Source: Mobula hypostoma
Taxonomy: Eukaryota
Assembly (NCBI RefSeq): GCF_963921235.1
Contig: NC_086097.1
Span: forward strand, 240,996,001 to 241,060,000
Length of the DNA: 64,000 nucleotides
Direction of reading: 5' to 3'
The first letter of the stretch is position 1; every line of letters begins with the position of its first letter. This document shows, one piece after another, positions 49,455 to 63,214 of this stretch. The translations under genes were made by a program, and so were the position numbers. Below the pieces are notes generated by a model, which saw nothing but the letters and a program-made list of their open reading frames with translations, searched no databases and was not told the DNA's origin.

Positions 49455-49980
49455 TAATTTTATCAAAGAAAGGATGTGCAGGTGTTGGAGAGGACACAGA
49501 AGAGAATAATCCCAGGAATGAGGGGGTTAATACGAAGAACATTTGATGTCTTTAGGCCTGTACTCACTGAAGTTTAGCAGAATGGGGGTGGAAATCGAAT
49601 ATTGAAAGGCCGAGATAGAGTGGAAGTGGAGAGGATGTTTGCTATAGTTGGGAAAGTCTATGATCTAAATTAAGTCAACCATAGATAGTGTTTCTATAGT
49701 AGGGGAGCCTGGGACCAAGGGGCACCACCTCAGAATACAAGAATGTCCCTTCAGAACTGTCATGAGGAGGAATATCTTTAGCCAGAGGGTGGCAAATCTG
49801 TGGAATTCATTGCCACAGACTGGTGTGGAGGTCAAGTTATTGGGTATTTTTAAAGAGGAGGTTGATAAGTTCTAATGAGGAGAATGTAGGAGAATGAAGA
49901 TGAGAGGGATATCAGCTATGACAGAATGGGGAGCAGATTCGATGAGCTGAACTGCCTAATTCTGCTCCTATGTCTTATAA
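49455..49980 (+). mobile_element. CR1 3' fragment (degraded)
   Basis: KDVQVLER...SQRVANLWNSLPQ relic and 3'UTR. Confidence 0.75.
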
Positions 49981-51799
49981 TGGCAAAGTCAATATGATAC
50001 AAAGAAGAATACACTTCTCACATGGAGGGACCTTATAAATATGAGAGGGACCTGCAGCACTGTAAGACTTATTTGCTGCTGTTTCCCCAATATAAAAGGG
50101 TAAATCTTGAATTTATCTGAGCAGCAATACAATGTTCTGCATTTAAACTGTACAAAAATCTGTTGGTTTAATCCCCGGACATGAGATTACAATAAAGCTT
50201 GCTAAATCAAGGAAGGCCAGATTAGCCGAGATCTCCAGGTAAATGCTACACTGTAAAGTGCACCGCCTGGATTTCGGGTGAAGCGACAATCAGGCTCAAC
50301 TTTTCATCCATTGTCTAAACTTACACGTGAAGTGCAGCCAGTGACATTGGAAAGCATTTGGTCTCAATAGAACTTTTTCCTCACATGGATTAGCACTTTT
50401 AGAAGTGAATGGAAGGACATACCCCACGTGGAAAGCAGTAGCTGAGATCCACAGCACAGATTAGTCCAGTATTCTAGAGTCACAGAAGACTACAGTGCAG
50501 AAACAGGCCATTCAGCCCATCTAGTCCATACCAAACCATTTAAGCTACCTACTCCAATTGATCTGCACCAGGACTATAGCCCCCCATACCCCTACCATCA
50601 TGCATCATGGACCTATCCAGACCTCTCATCAATGTTGAAATCAAGCTTGCATGTACTGCTTGCGCTGGCAACTCAGTCCATATTCTCACAACCCTCTGAG
50701 CGAAGGAGTTTCTCCTCACGTTCCCCTTAAACTTTTCTCTGTCAAGGTCACAATTATCCCCTGAAATCTTAAATCACCAATTGTAAGTTTTAACAGTAGG
50801 TCATAATAATAAGAAGTCTGTTGTTTACATAGACGGACAGCTTTGTTTAAAAATAATTCAACGCAGTGCCCTACGACAATGCTTTAACAAGGCAAAGTTA
50901 AAGAACACAGCTTGTGTATCACATCCCTGGTCAGTTGTGAATAGTTATTCAGATATTTGTACTTTCCAGTAAGATTGCAAGTTCAAGCAATAATCAGACC
51001 GAGCTGATACACCAGCACCCAAATGAGAGACATCCTATAGATAATGTGTGAAATCAAGGCCAGCTCACTGTTCAGCTCAAAGTAAAAGATGCTGTGGGGC
51101 TATCGAGCAAATGAGAAATTCACATGGGTGGCTACCAAACTTGTTCCCTTATCTAGCACATCCAAAACTAATTATTCATTCACCTGGTTTCTGTTTTCAG
51201 GATATAGCTTTGAGCATTTATAAAAATATGCATATTATATGTACATTCCTTGTAAAGCCGCATCTATTACTCATCCTTAATTGCCTTAAAGGGCCTTCAC
51301 TTCAAAGCAAATGCACTGATGATTTTCCACAAGGCAGAGGAGAAATATTTAGGCCATTCAGTCCATCGAGTCTGCTCCACCATTCATCGTGGCTGATTTA
51401 CTTTCCCTCTCGACCGCATTCTGGTGACCCTCTGATCTCTGTGTCAGAGGCCGACGGTCAGAGTGTCTTTCAAGAGGGTCAGAACCCTCGGAAGGTGCCA
51501 GGCCCTGACGGGGCTCTGAAAACCTGTGCCCTGTAGTGTGAGTCTCCACCACTACTTGAATCATCCCCTCCACGTCCCCTCTGTCTCAGCCTTTCAAAAT
51601 AATCTCCATTAGCCTTAGCTTTAGATAGTTTACAAATGCAAGTGCTCCGACGAGCCAGTTGCTTATCTTGGCAAGACAGAAGTTATTAGTTTGGCTGAAT
51701 AATGAGCTTGCTAGGTGGATTAACAAGCATGATGAATGGCACAGTAATGGCTCCAACAGACTGGCAGGCCAAAACCCCTAATGAAACATAGCAATGGCG

Positions 51800-52570
51800 G
51801 TGCCTTCTTGTATTTGCATCAACATGTTGGGCACTTGATAGATCCTTAGAGATGATAACACTCAGGAACTTGGAAACTGCTCACCCTTTCCACTTCTGAT
51901 CCCTCCATGAGGACTAGTGCACGTTTCCTCACCTTACCCTTCCTAAAGTCCACAATCAATTCCTCGGTCTTACTAACATTGGGTGCAAGGTTGTGGTTAC
52001 AACACCACTCAACCAGCTGATCTATCTTGCTCCTGTGCGCCTCCTTATCACCATATGAAATTCTGCCAACAATAGTTGTGTGGTCAGCAAATAGATGCCG
52101 TTTGAACTGTGCCCAGCCACACAGTTATGGGGGTAGAGAGCAAAGCAGTGGACAAAGCATGATGCACCCTTGAGGTCTGCCAGTGTTGACTGACAGCAAG
52201 GAGGAGATGCTGTTTCCAACCCACACAGTGAGGACATCAAGGACCCTGTTACAAAAGGAGGTACAGAGGCCCAGATTTTGGAGATTCTTGATTAGAACTG
52301 AGGGTAGGATTGTGTTGAACACAGTCAATAAACAGCAGCCTGAAATAGGTATTGCTATTGTCCAGCTGATTCACAGCCGAATGGAGAGCCAGGGAGATTG
52401 CATCCACTGTATTTACTGTGGCAATAGGCACATTGCAGCAGATCCAGGTCCTTGCTTAGGCAGGAGTTGATTCTAGCCATGACCAACCTCTCAAAGCTCT
52501 TTACCACAGCAGACGCGAGTGCAACTGGGTGACAGTCTTTGAGGCAGCTCACCCTGCTCTTCTTGGGCGA
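51800..52570 (-). mobile_element. Rex1/Babar-type RT fragment
   Basis: CLKDCHPVALASAVVKSFERLV, DAISLALH, FNTILPSVLIKNLQNLGL and TGRPQGC relics in several frames. Confidence 0.8.
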
Positions 52571-53319
52571 CAGTCATATCAAAGCCCTTTTGAAGCACAT
52601 GGGAGCTTCCGACTGCAGCAGTAAGACAGCAATGACCAAGCAGGCTTCTGTAGCCTGGAGGGTGTAAGACTTCCTGAGTTTTATGTAAGAGAATTCAAGA
52701 TTGCCTAATGTCATTTCCAGTACGGAAGTGTAAAGGAGAACGAAATAATTTTTACTCCAAATCCAATGCAGCATAGAACAAACACAATTAGATAAAGAAC
52801 ACAAAACACACAATATAAATACACAAGGCAACATTATATATCATAATACTATGCAACATATGCCACGCCACTTTCATCCAGACTGATCTGTTCACCTTGT
52901 CAACATGATAACAGATCAGATTCTCAGGCATAGCCGTGCTACTGAAGGTGAAGAGAAAGTAGCTATGACGTCTCATGTTGATGATAATCATTACTTATTA
53001 ATGTAGCACGAATGTTCAGTGTTGATTCGCGACACTCTCCCTTCTGCGGCACGGCGGCATAGCGGCTAACGTAACACTATCACAGTGCCAGCAACCTGCC
53101 ACTGTCTACAAGGAATTTGTACGTTCTCCCTGTGGCTGTGAAGAGTTACGTCTGGGTGCTCCAGCTTCCTCTCACGTTGCAAAGATGCATGTGTTAATCA
53201 GTCACATGGGTGTAATTGGACAGCGTGACCTTGTTCAGCCAGAACGGCCTGTTACAGAGCCATGTCTCTAAGTAAAATGAATAACCATGGGCATATTGCA
53301 GTGTACACTGATCCATGCA

Positions 53320-53770
53320 TTAGCCAGACATCCTGATGACATGACCTATCCATCGGAGTTGGAACTCTTCATCACAGTGGAGATGCTGTTCATGTTGAAG
53401 GAAGGTCAGCGAGCCCTTGGTGGGCAAAGGAAATGGTTCAAAACATCAAAAATCAGCCAGAAGCAATTCAACATTACATGTAAAAACTGGGAAGACACTG
53501 CACTCAGTCGATACACCTGGAGGAACTCTGTTCAACAGGGAGCTGCGCTACGTGAGTGACCTTCGCTGTGCCACAGAGAACATGCGGCAGCTGCGAAGGG
53601 AGAGACTGAACCACCAAAAATAACCCAACCACTAACCACAGCCACCACTTGTCCACACTGGACAAGAATATGTGGATCCTGGATCAGCCCCTATGGCCAA
53701 ATGAGAACCCACCAATAGACAACCCCTCAGGAGATCATACTCGACTCAGGAGATCGCACTACGACCACAC
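53320..53770 (+). mobile_element. RTE-clade LINE 3' fragment
   Basis: GQRALGGQRKWFK...WEDTALSRYTWRNSVQQG relic followed by a degenerate C-terminal zinc finger. Confidence 0.65.
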
Positions 53771-55289
53771 GCATTGCTGGTGCTAAAAATATTACTATTA
53801 TCAGAGATGAGATGTATTTTTCCACACAGTAGAGGGGATGTATTAAACGAGTCAAGGATCTTGCCTAAAAGATAAAGCACCTCACTGTTTTGAGCTTTTT
53901 TAAAAAAAACTTACTTTTTTTTTTCTTCTTGTAACCAATTCTTACTGTGAACTGGATGTGGAGAGGATGCTCCTTATAGTGGGGGAGCCTTGGACCAGAG
54001 AGCACAGCCTCAGAATACAAGGAGAGACGAAGACGAATTTCTTAAGCCAAAGGGTGGTGAATCTGTGGAATTCATTGCCAGGCAACTGTGGAGGCCAAGT
54101 CATTGGATATATTTAAAGCAGGTTCTTGATTAGAAAGGATGACAATGGTTACAGGGAGAAGGCAAGAGAATGGGGTTGAGAGGAATAATAAATCAGGCAT
54201 CACTGAAAGGCAGAGCAGACTCAGTGGGTCAAATGACCTATGTCCTGTGGTCTTGTGTATTGCAATGTACTGCTGCCATAAAACAACAAATTTCATAACA
54301 CGTCAGTGATATTAAACCTTTTTCTGATTCTATGATAATTAGCATCTCGCCACTACCATTTTTTTCTGCTACCAAGTTGCTTTGGTGCTATATGCAACTA
54401 CATGCTCCCTTTATGCGAAGGGCCAGTACTACCATTTCTCCTCAGGCAGTTAATGCTTTATTGAGGTATGGAACCAAAACGCACTTCCTAAAGTGACAAT
54501 GAATACACTTCACAAAGCAATCTGGATCCAAAGACCTGAGAAACTGTTTAAGATGCTAGAAAATAAAAGTCATTTACTTAGAACAACAGTCAAATAGGAT
54601 GCAGGACAGACACTTGATGCCTATTCCAATTGGGCTGATTGTTAGCCCACACTTAAAACTATAGCGTCATCATAATTAATGCCAACATTCATTGGCCTAG
54701 AACTAGCCAACGTGGCATTTCCTAGAGTGGCTTCGTCCACTCTGCGATCAGGAGAAGAAAGGCAATCTCTTACAATTTGCATTATTTTTAAAAATATTTA
54801 TGAAGAACCTCAGCCAATGTAGTTACTAGGGTAAGGTTGGGAGCATCTCCAAAAAGTCCTCATGTTTCAAAAGAATATCATTCTTACCTTTTCTCCCAGA
54901 CTTTAAAACATTTGTCAACATAAGCCTGTAGGCAAATATTAGAAAAGGGAGAAAACAGAATTCACATCTGTCAGTTTAACCATTTTTCCAGCCTGGTTAA
55001 TTCAACCATGTATGTTATGTCTTATCCCACTACTGGGCTCAGGGTTATCATTCAAAATATGCCCCTTAATTATCACATCATTTTAACAAAACTATTCAGC
55101 CAAATCATAACACTTGCTGCATTCAAGAACTGTGACCTTCGCAATACTTTGATCTATGCATGAATCCCAGTTACTTGAGGATACGTCTTTCAAATCTATT
55201 ATCTCACAAATGTTCTAGAACTTTACAGGCAAACAACAACTTCATTGGATGACCTGTGTCCTGGTTAGGACAAACTTTACCTACTCATT

Positions 55290-55850
55290 GAAATACAGCA
55301 TGGAATAGGCCCTTCCGGCCCTTCGAGCTGCACTGCCCGGCAACCAATTTAAGTTTAACCTAATCACTAGACAATTTAAAAATCAACAATGAACCTGCTA
55401 ACTGTTATGTCTTTGGACTGTGGAAGGAAACCAGAGCACTTGGTGAAAAACCAAGCACCGTGGACACCATGGTGGCATAATGGTTAGTGCAACACTACTA
55501 CAGTTTATGACGTTGCGGAGTTCAATTCTGGGCGCCGTTCTGTAAGGTGTCTCTCCACGTCCTCCCTGTAGAATGCATGGGTTTTCTCTGCTTTCCTCCC
55601 ACAGTCCAAAGATGTACCGGGCAGGTTAATTGGTCAATGTAAATCGTCCCGTGATTTGATTAGGGTTAATCAGATTTGTCAGGGGTTGCTGGGGCAGTGT
55701 GGCTGATAAAATAAATTAATTAATTAAATTATACCATGGGTGGTCATGCAGACTCCTTACAGAGGACATCGGAATTGAACTCCGAACTCCAACTCTCCGA
55801 GCTTTAATAGCATCTCGCTAACCACAACGCTATCTTGGCGCCCCAATGGA
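55290..55850. mobile_element. Nested V-domain SINEs (+ copy at ~55465-55710 inside a - copy)
   Basis: V-domain sequences in both orientations. Confidence 0.65.
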
Positions 55851-56376
55851 GCATTAGGAGGCAAACAAAAAAAAACACAACTGTTCCCATGACAATCGCC
55901 AAATGCCATTTCATATTATCTGAAACAGTGAAGGAAAAACTGGTACCCCAAATCATAACAACTTAAAGCAAACGCAAGTCATTATTGTAATGTATGGCAG
56001 TGTATTTTAAACAACTTTGCAAGAACCAAACTACAATCAACATGACTTTTTTTTGCTCTTAGGTTAAATCAGTTGCATATCACCTTATTATCCACATTAT
56101 GTCTACAGTACTCTTCAATCAGCAGGCAATACCCAATAGAGATTATGATACAAATACCAACACTGCTAGGTCAACAATGAAAAACTTAAAGCATATAACA
56201 ATAACCTGGATATAACAAAGAAACAACAATCACGTAATTAATGTCTTTCTTTACTAATAGTAAATAATCATTGATAGCAATCAATGATTTAATCTGGAAA
56301 AGCAGTAAACCATTTGTCAGCAGAACTACTTCATTCAACATCGCTGAGTGATAATGGCCATAACTTTTGAGCCCTA

Positions 56377-56656
56377 CCTCCAAGAGGACCACAGCCTCTT
56401 CATAGGGTTTGGTGGCTTGCGAACCTCAGTGACCTGCAGAGCTGTTAGCTGGAGTCGGCCTTGTGCTTTGGCTCTTGATAGTCAAAGGGAAGAAGCCAAA
56501 CTAAGAGTGGTCTATCAGTCCGTCAGGTTCAGGGGCTCAGCCCTGACTGGGCAAAAAAGGAATTATTACAGAAACGGCAGTGAAGAATCCTTGTTTACAT
56601 TCAGAGATAGAGCGCTTCACTGATGCCCTAAACGCCAGTGGTGTAATGGGCAGTAA
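56377..56656 (+). mobile_element. Non-autonomous bipartite RTE-type element, copy 3 (internally deleted)
   Basis: Starts CCTCCAAGAGGACCAC, has CTAAGAGTGGTCT at 56501-56513, and ends TAATGGGCAGTAA. Confidence 0.65.
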
Positions 56657-57440
56657 AATAACAACCCAGCAAAAGAAACATAAGGAGAGGTGATCATATG
56701 AAAATTACCATCTTCAGCACAACAGCAGGAAAATAGAAAATCTACTTCTGCAGTGGCATCTCATTCTCCTACAGCTCATCACTTAATGGTATGCATCATG
56801 CACTTCATTATGACTGCAGTAAGAGGTGCCAATTTAATAAAAAGAGGTTAGCTTCACAAATTAAAATTCCACTGTAATTCTTTATATTTAAATCATAAAC
56901 TTCATCAGGGCATAAGGACCAACATCATTCCTGCCGAGGTGAATGATTTCTTCCCTTATTAGTAACGGGGTGTAATTAATTACATTGGTGCACTTGCTCC
57001 GTTAAGGAAAAGTCCCACTACTCCATCTTTCAGTCTCAGCTCCATCTGCTCTCTCGCATGAGAGCTTCCCTAAATTGCTATAACATGTTATTTATAACAA
57101 TTTGTGTTTGTAAGATTACAAAAAATTGGAGAATAATCACCAGGGCAATTACTGGCTTACTCTTCCAACAGCAATCAAGCATGTCAAGCTGTAATCATTA
57201 GCACTGAAAATAGCGACAAGAATTGCGACACCACGCCTTCGGGTTATTCCATCACCTTTTTTTCCGCAAGACAACCATTTTACAGAGGAACTTGTCTTCC
57301 AATGAACCCGATGTAGGAGACCACATTTCTCCTTGAAACCACAAAATAATCCAAGAGAGGCGCAAGCAATCGCATCTGAGGTCTTCTCTTCCCGCACGCC
57401 CCAATCTACCTTACAAAACCGCGCCACGCAAACCTGCAGG

Positions 57441-57480
57441 CTCCCAGGTTAATATCTCAGCTCCCAGGTTAATATCTCGG
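57441..57480. repeat. 20-bp tandem duplication
   Basis: CTCCCAGGTTAATATCTC(A/G)G twice. Confidence 0.9.
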
Positions 57481-57697
57481 CGCCCCCACCCCGGCCCCGC
57501 TTGAAATCCTTCCCTGTACCGGGGAACAGCCCTACAAATCACTATTCAAGAGTAATGCGCCAGTACCGGTGGATTCTGAGGAAATAACCAACTTTGTTTG
57601 TTAGAAAGGGGATATTAAGGAACTTCTGCACACTAACAATCTGGAGTGCGTGAGGTAAACGAGCAACAGGTGGGCCAGTAACTGAAGCCAGGCTTAC

Positions 57698-58298
57698 CCG
57701 CAGTAGAGTCTGCGACTCCTCTCTCGCCTTGTTCAGCTCGCTGTTTGTTGGGTACTGGGGAGTGAGAGCCCGGGACTTGTCCCTCTCTCCTGCTCCCGGC
57801 AGCTGCTGTGACCCTCCCGGGAAGCCCTTGGTATCGGTGGGCTGCATCCCATAGACAGGCAAGACCCCGTCAGCTTCCTCGGCGACCCTGCGGCTGTTCT
57901 TGAGGCTCTCCTGGCTGCTGCTGCTGCTGATACTGGCAGAGCCGGTCTGGCTGGGGTACGGGCTCCCCTTTGGCAGCTCCCCCAACTTCCTCGTGTCTTC
58001 CTTGCTGCAGGTCTCCAGCCAGCCTCGCCCCTCCTTGTCCTCGGAGGGTGCTGCCGGAGGCGGCGGTTGGTTGTTGCTGTCGGACGGGGTGGGGGTACGG
58101 TGCCGAGCCTCCTGCTCACCGTTGCCCGGGTTGTGGTTGCCGGTGCTGGGGGTTGTCGGCGACTCGCCGCCGCTTGGGCTCCCGCTGCTCGGCGGCTCCG
58201 GAGCTCCGCAGTGGGCCGTGTTGAAGTGCTCCAGTAATGCCTGAGTGTCCGGAGCGCTCCACTTGCACTGACGGCACTTGTAGCAATTATGAGCCCTC
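57698..58298 (-). CDS. TRPS1: TRPS1 coding exon (601 bp), immediately before the GATA-finger exon
   Basis: Acceptor TTTCAG|G and donor CGG|GTAAGC; encodes RAHNCYKCRQC...LLEHFNTAHC...ESQTLLR, matching my recollection of mammalian RAHSCYKCRQC...ESQSLLR; phase fits the upstream exon. Confidence 0.9.
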
Positions 58299-59326
58299 CT
58301 GAAACACAAAAGATCCGGCTGTTGGTTACCAATAAAGATCTAAAGTACAATATAGAGTTAAAAGCATGATTTCTCGCCTGAATTTACAGAAAGTGGTGTA
58401 TTTTTCTTAAATTTATAATGTTGCCAAATTTCTCAGCCTACGTATAAGAGACAGTTTCTGCTAATCCAACAGGTAGTCATAGAGCGCTACAGCACAGAAA
58501 CAGGCCATTCGGTCCATCTAGTCTGTGCCAGACTATTATTCTACCAAGCCCCATCGACTTCCGTCCAAACTATAGCCCCCTCCCATCCATGTACCTATCC
58601 AAATTCCACTTAAGGGTTGATATCGAACACGTATCCGCCATTTCCGCTGGTAGCTCGTTCCACACTCTCACCAAACTCTGACTGAAGAAGTTCCCCTAAA
58701 CATTTCACCTTTCACACTTAACCCATGACCTCTAGTTCAAGTCTCATCCAATCTTAGTGGGGAAAGCCTGCTTGCATTTAAACTATCTATTGATGGAAGA
58801 AAAAAAAGTCGCGGTCGACAGCACATGACATTCATGAGTTACATCAAGGGATGGCCAGGCAAAAGTTTTGAAGAGCTTATTAGAACTTCTCAGATTTAAG
58901 ACAGATGGAAGACTATAATTGGCCACGTCATACAACAAAGCACACCATGAATGATGACGACTCCACATGGTGCCGAACACTGAAACAACCGGTCGGTATC
59001 ACACTCCCCATGACAATAATCGGTTCTTGCCTCGATCGGGTCTAGAACCAGGAAACATCCACGATGCAACGCTAACAACGCACTGAGATTTGCAATCCTG
59101 GCCTGTTTTCAAAACGTGCCGAGTTATCTGAATGAATTGTAGCTCCTTTGATTACGAGATAAGACATGGCCCATTACAAAAACCAGCTAACGTAACTTCC
59201 CTGTGCTTTGATGTTGAGTAGGAAAGGGAGATGCTTAAACTTTGTGTTTTGTGTTACCTGCATTGGGATGTGTTCCTATCCCTTCTTTACCCACAGTTTT
59301 AGGTTCGCTCACAAGGCAGATTACTA

Positions 59327-59450
59327 TAAACACAAGAGATTCTGCAGATACTGGAAATCCAGAGTAACACACACACACAAAATGCTGGAGCAACTCAGCA
59401 GACATCGCCTCACCTGCAGGGTTCCTCCAGCACGGTGTGTGTGAGCGTGT
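59327..59450. mobile_element. Very short palindromic PLE relic about 50 bp from the splice donor
   Basis: CACACAAAATGCTGGAG...CTCCAGCACGGTGTGTGTG inverted arms; GCAGATTA on both sides. Confidence 0.6.
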
Positions 59451-59502
59451 TAAGCAGATTATCAAGTGGGGTAGATTTAGCGTTTCTGGTCTCTTTCTTT
59501 AC

Positions 59503-60665
59503 CTGTAATGTCGGAAAATGTCTTCCTCGACCTGTGTCACGAAGTTGCATTTGGTACAGCAATGCTCCTCGGCTTCCTCGCTGGTGGCTGGCCCTTCCCC
59601 TCCGAGTTCGGTCCTGCACGGATAGTGCGAGCCGTGCGCCGCCTCATAGTGTTGCAGGAGCACATCGACATCATGGACAACGAAGGGACACAGGTCGCAC
59701 TGGTGCCTGACCCGGGCACTCCCAGCCGCCCCCTGGGACGAGTGCAAGAGCAACTGGGTGCAGTGGGAGCAGTTGGCTTTCCTGCAGGCGAAGGGGTAGG
59801 TGATCTCCCCCAGGTGTTTCTCCGGGCCGCACAGCCCACCCGGGCAGTACTGGCAGTGTTTAATGGTGCACTTGTGAACGTTATGGATGTAATGATAATG
59901 GCGCAGTAGGGGACCAACGGTGATCACGTCGGGCCCGTGGTTGGTCGAGTACCTGAATTTGCACAGCTGACAGTTGTAGCTGGTCACCATGCCTTCCTCT
60001 GCCGTCTTGCCCCCGTCTTTCTTCTTGGCCGAGGCGCTGCCCTTCTCGGGCTTCACGGAGAATTCCCCGTCCGGCTTGTTAGCCGGAAGAAGCCGGCGCT
60101 CTTTCGAGTCGTTCTGATGATGGGCGTGCGCTTGTTTGCCAATTTTGTCCGGGAAGTCTCGGTTAAAGTAGCTGTTGCGCTGGTTGTCTCGGTGCTGCTT
60201 GTTGTAATGGTCCGCCAGCTTTAAGGTGTCGGAGGACTCGTAGCTGAAGCTGCAGAACCTACACCAGAAGTAACAGGTGGAGTCCATCCCATTCTGTTTG
60301 GAGCTGTCCATGGATTTGATGGGGACCGAGTAGCCGATCGGGGTGTCATCTGCGGCTTTGATAGTGGCCTTGTCCTGCCATTTCCCCATATCCTCTGGGT
60401 CCGACGGCCGAGGTAAGTGGCGCTCAGTGGCGGGGCTGCCTTTGCCGCTGTTTTTCTCCGACTTACAGGGGTCCTTCCCGGGCTCCACGGCGGAAGGCGC
60501 GCTCTTCATCTTGTTGGGATGCGCAGACACGAAGTGCTGCTCCAGCTCGCCGGGTGAACTGCCCATGTAGGTGAAGTTGCAGAACTTGCATCGGAAATAC
60601 TTGGTGTTGCCTTGGCAGTCAGGGGTTTTCCGCCCGATGCCAATGAACATTCCTCCCAGAGTGAC
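59503..60665 (-). CDS. TRPS1: TRPS1 large coding exon (1163 bp) with several C2H2-type zinc fingers
   Basis: Acceptor TTTCTAG|GTC and donor [46 protein letters not shown] and [15 protein letters not shown] are TRPS1 signatures; the last finger is split across the 1204-bp intron. Confidence 0.95.
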
Positions 60666-62444
60666 CTAGAAAATATACAAACACAAAACAAATGCCTTTT
60701 GCATTCTCAGCTTGCGGGTTAAACAATAATAGGAATCTTCCCTTAGAAGTAACATTTTCCATTGTTCTGTAAATGGGGGAGCAGACTCGATGGGCCAAAT
60801 GGCCTAATTTGCTCCTATGTCTTATGGTGTCATGGTAAAGGTTACTGCATGCAGTCGGGACAGTTTGGAAAGCCACATCACTACTTTGACGAAGGTCTGT
60901 TGATTAAGGTGTTTTCAGTACCCGTTTATTATTTACGCTTGTTATTTTAGATCTCTGGATATCTCAAACTGTCCAGTATTCTTGCAGCAGAATCGGTTTG
61001 GCATTGTTGATGGGGAGTCAAAAAATAGAAACGGGGTTATAGTTTAATAGCCTGCGTAGGAAGTGGATAGCAAGATGGCCGTAAACAGCGTCTTTGTTTT
61101 GATCCAAGCGTCTTGTGTTTTATTACGTTAACCCTTTCAACGCCACGCGGGGCAGCTGTTAGCAAATAACGTGGGGAGTCAAAGTTAAAAGGTTAAGTAT
61201 TGTTAAATATTATATAAAAGGTTAAGTAATTTTTTCCTAAAAGGAAATATTAAAAGTGTTTTCTGCATCGTCAGACGTTTTTTATTATGTCTGGAGCCAT
61301 TAACTACCCAGTCACAGCACAGACCTTCGATTTTACAAGGACTTCGAATCCTCTGTGAATACCTTCATTAAGGACTTGCAACTGTATACTGACTAATACA
61401 GGGAGGGAAAAAAAACTTTTAACCAAGAATCTCGAGGTTCAGGCATGCAACAGAGAGGGTCAACAGGAATCTCACCGCACCATGTCTACAGTGGCACATC
61501 CTTGGTCACCTCACCAACGGCGAACTTGGATATTTAATTTTATTTTGTTACATATTTCCCTTTGTTTCATTATTCTAGTTTTCTGAAGACTGATTCCGTT
61601 TCTGTGTGGACTTCGATGTAAGTTAAGTGATATTATGAATAATTATTTGTTTTTAAACTTCCTTTAAGTGTAATCGGGATTTCTCCTACCAAGTAAAATT
61701 TTGCGTAGTTGAGTTAAATCTACAGAAAAAGTTTTTTTGCTCTAGCCAAAAAGATTCCTGAATTTAGACCTAGAATACAAAGGGTGGCCAAGTACAAACA
61801 ACCTTCTGGGTTTCCATGACACTTCAAGAAAATATATTTTCTTAAATCCAAAAAAAATCGAAATCTAAATAAAAAAAGAAAATAACTTTTCTTAATCAAA
61901 TCTAAAAATAATAACTCTAAATCAAAATTTAAAAAATCTAAGACAAACATAAGGATTAGATTGGGAAGCAAAATGGCTCCAAATGAAATGGGCTTTATCC
62001 CTGGCTGCTATCCCAGGCAAGGGTGCAGATCCCAGGGGCTCGAAATGAGATGTTTCAGTCTTCACTGGACACAAAGGAGGTACTAGATGAATGGTAGTCT
62101 CTAAAGGTAGCTCCTTTTCTCCTGAAGGGCAGCAGGAGAAGCCCAGGCATAATCAACCTCTAAACCTAACATCAGTAGTCGAGAAGATACCTGAACACTG
62201 TTTAGGATGAGGGCAGGTCAACAGATGTGATCTACCTGTCAGAAGGTGCTTGATAAGGGCCAATGTTGGAAACTGGTTCAAAAGGTTAGGGACCGTGAGA
62301 TATAATAAAAGTTGGCTGACTGGATAAAAGAAAAACACTATAGGTGACGGCTAATGATAGAGAGTTATTTTTATAATTGGATGCCTGTAGTTAGTGGTGC
62401 CCCTCAAGCATTGGTGCTAGGGGCCCTTGCTGTTTGTAATATCA

Positions 62445-62734
62445 TGGCTAACACGAGATGGCACAGTTTTAAGGTGCTGAGAAGTAGGTACAGAGGGGAT
62501 GTCAGGGGTAAGTTTTTTACGCAGAGAGTGGCGAGTGCGTGGAATGGGCTGCCGGCGACTGTGGTGGAGGCAGATATAATAGGGTTTTTTAAGAGGCTCC
62601 TGGATAGGTACATGGAGCTTAGAAAAATAGAGGGCTATGGGTAACCCTAGGTAATTTCTAAAGTAAGGACATGTTCAGCACAGCTTTGTGGACCAAAGGG
62701 CCTGTATTGTGCTGTAGGGTTTCTATGTTTCTAT
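62445..62734 (+). mobile_element. CR1 3' fragment
   Basis: Near-identical to about 31050-31339; (TTTCTATG)n tail. Confidence 0.88.
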
Positions 62735-63214
62735 AATGAACACTGTGAAAGTGGGAGGCGGAAAGAGGATGATATAAGGACTGGAGAACTTGATGATATT
62801 GTAGAATGTTGCCTTAGTCTTGACAGCGGAGGTACCAATATGGTAGTGAAATTAGAGGAGTTAATAGCAGATGGAGATTAATGAAGACAAATGAAAGTTG
62901 ATGCTTGTCGGGGTACTGATGAGTCAAGGGTGCACACTGTAAACAATAGGGTGTTAGGGGGTATTGAGGATTGGCGATACCTTGGAGTACAATTGCATAA
63001 GTCCTTTACGATGCTAACACAGGTAGACAATAGACTGTGAAGACGTGGGAAACTGGTGTTCATTAGTTGAGGGTTTTGCACACAGAAATAGACCAGTTAT
63101 ACTCTAACTTTACAAAATCTTGGTCAGAGCTGAACTGGAGTACTGTGTGAAGTTCTGGCCACCAAGGGATACGAGAGAGTGCAGAGGATATTCACCAGGA
63201 TGTTGGATGCTGGG

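Noticed and set aside
1..57500. TRPS1 GATA-finger exon
   Set aside because: I saw no CANC...LWR...CNAC-encoding sequence. A ~120-bp exon is below the ORF-track cutoff, so a translated search is needed to exclude it
57542..57697. Open frame continuing past the TRPS1 donor as an alternative C-terminus
   Set aside because: There is a strong GTAAGC donor exactly where homology ends, and no support for intron retention
1..57697. Antisense orientation bias of CR1 copies in the intron
   Set aside because: A rough tally shows many copies on both strands, so no convincing bias
61128..61196. TTAA-flanked piggyBac-like mini element
   Set aside because: The inverted repeats are too short and imperfect
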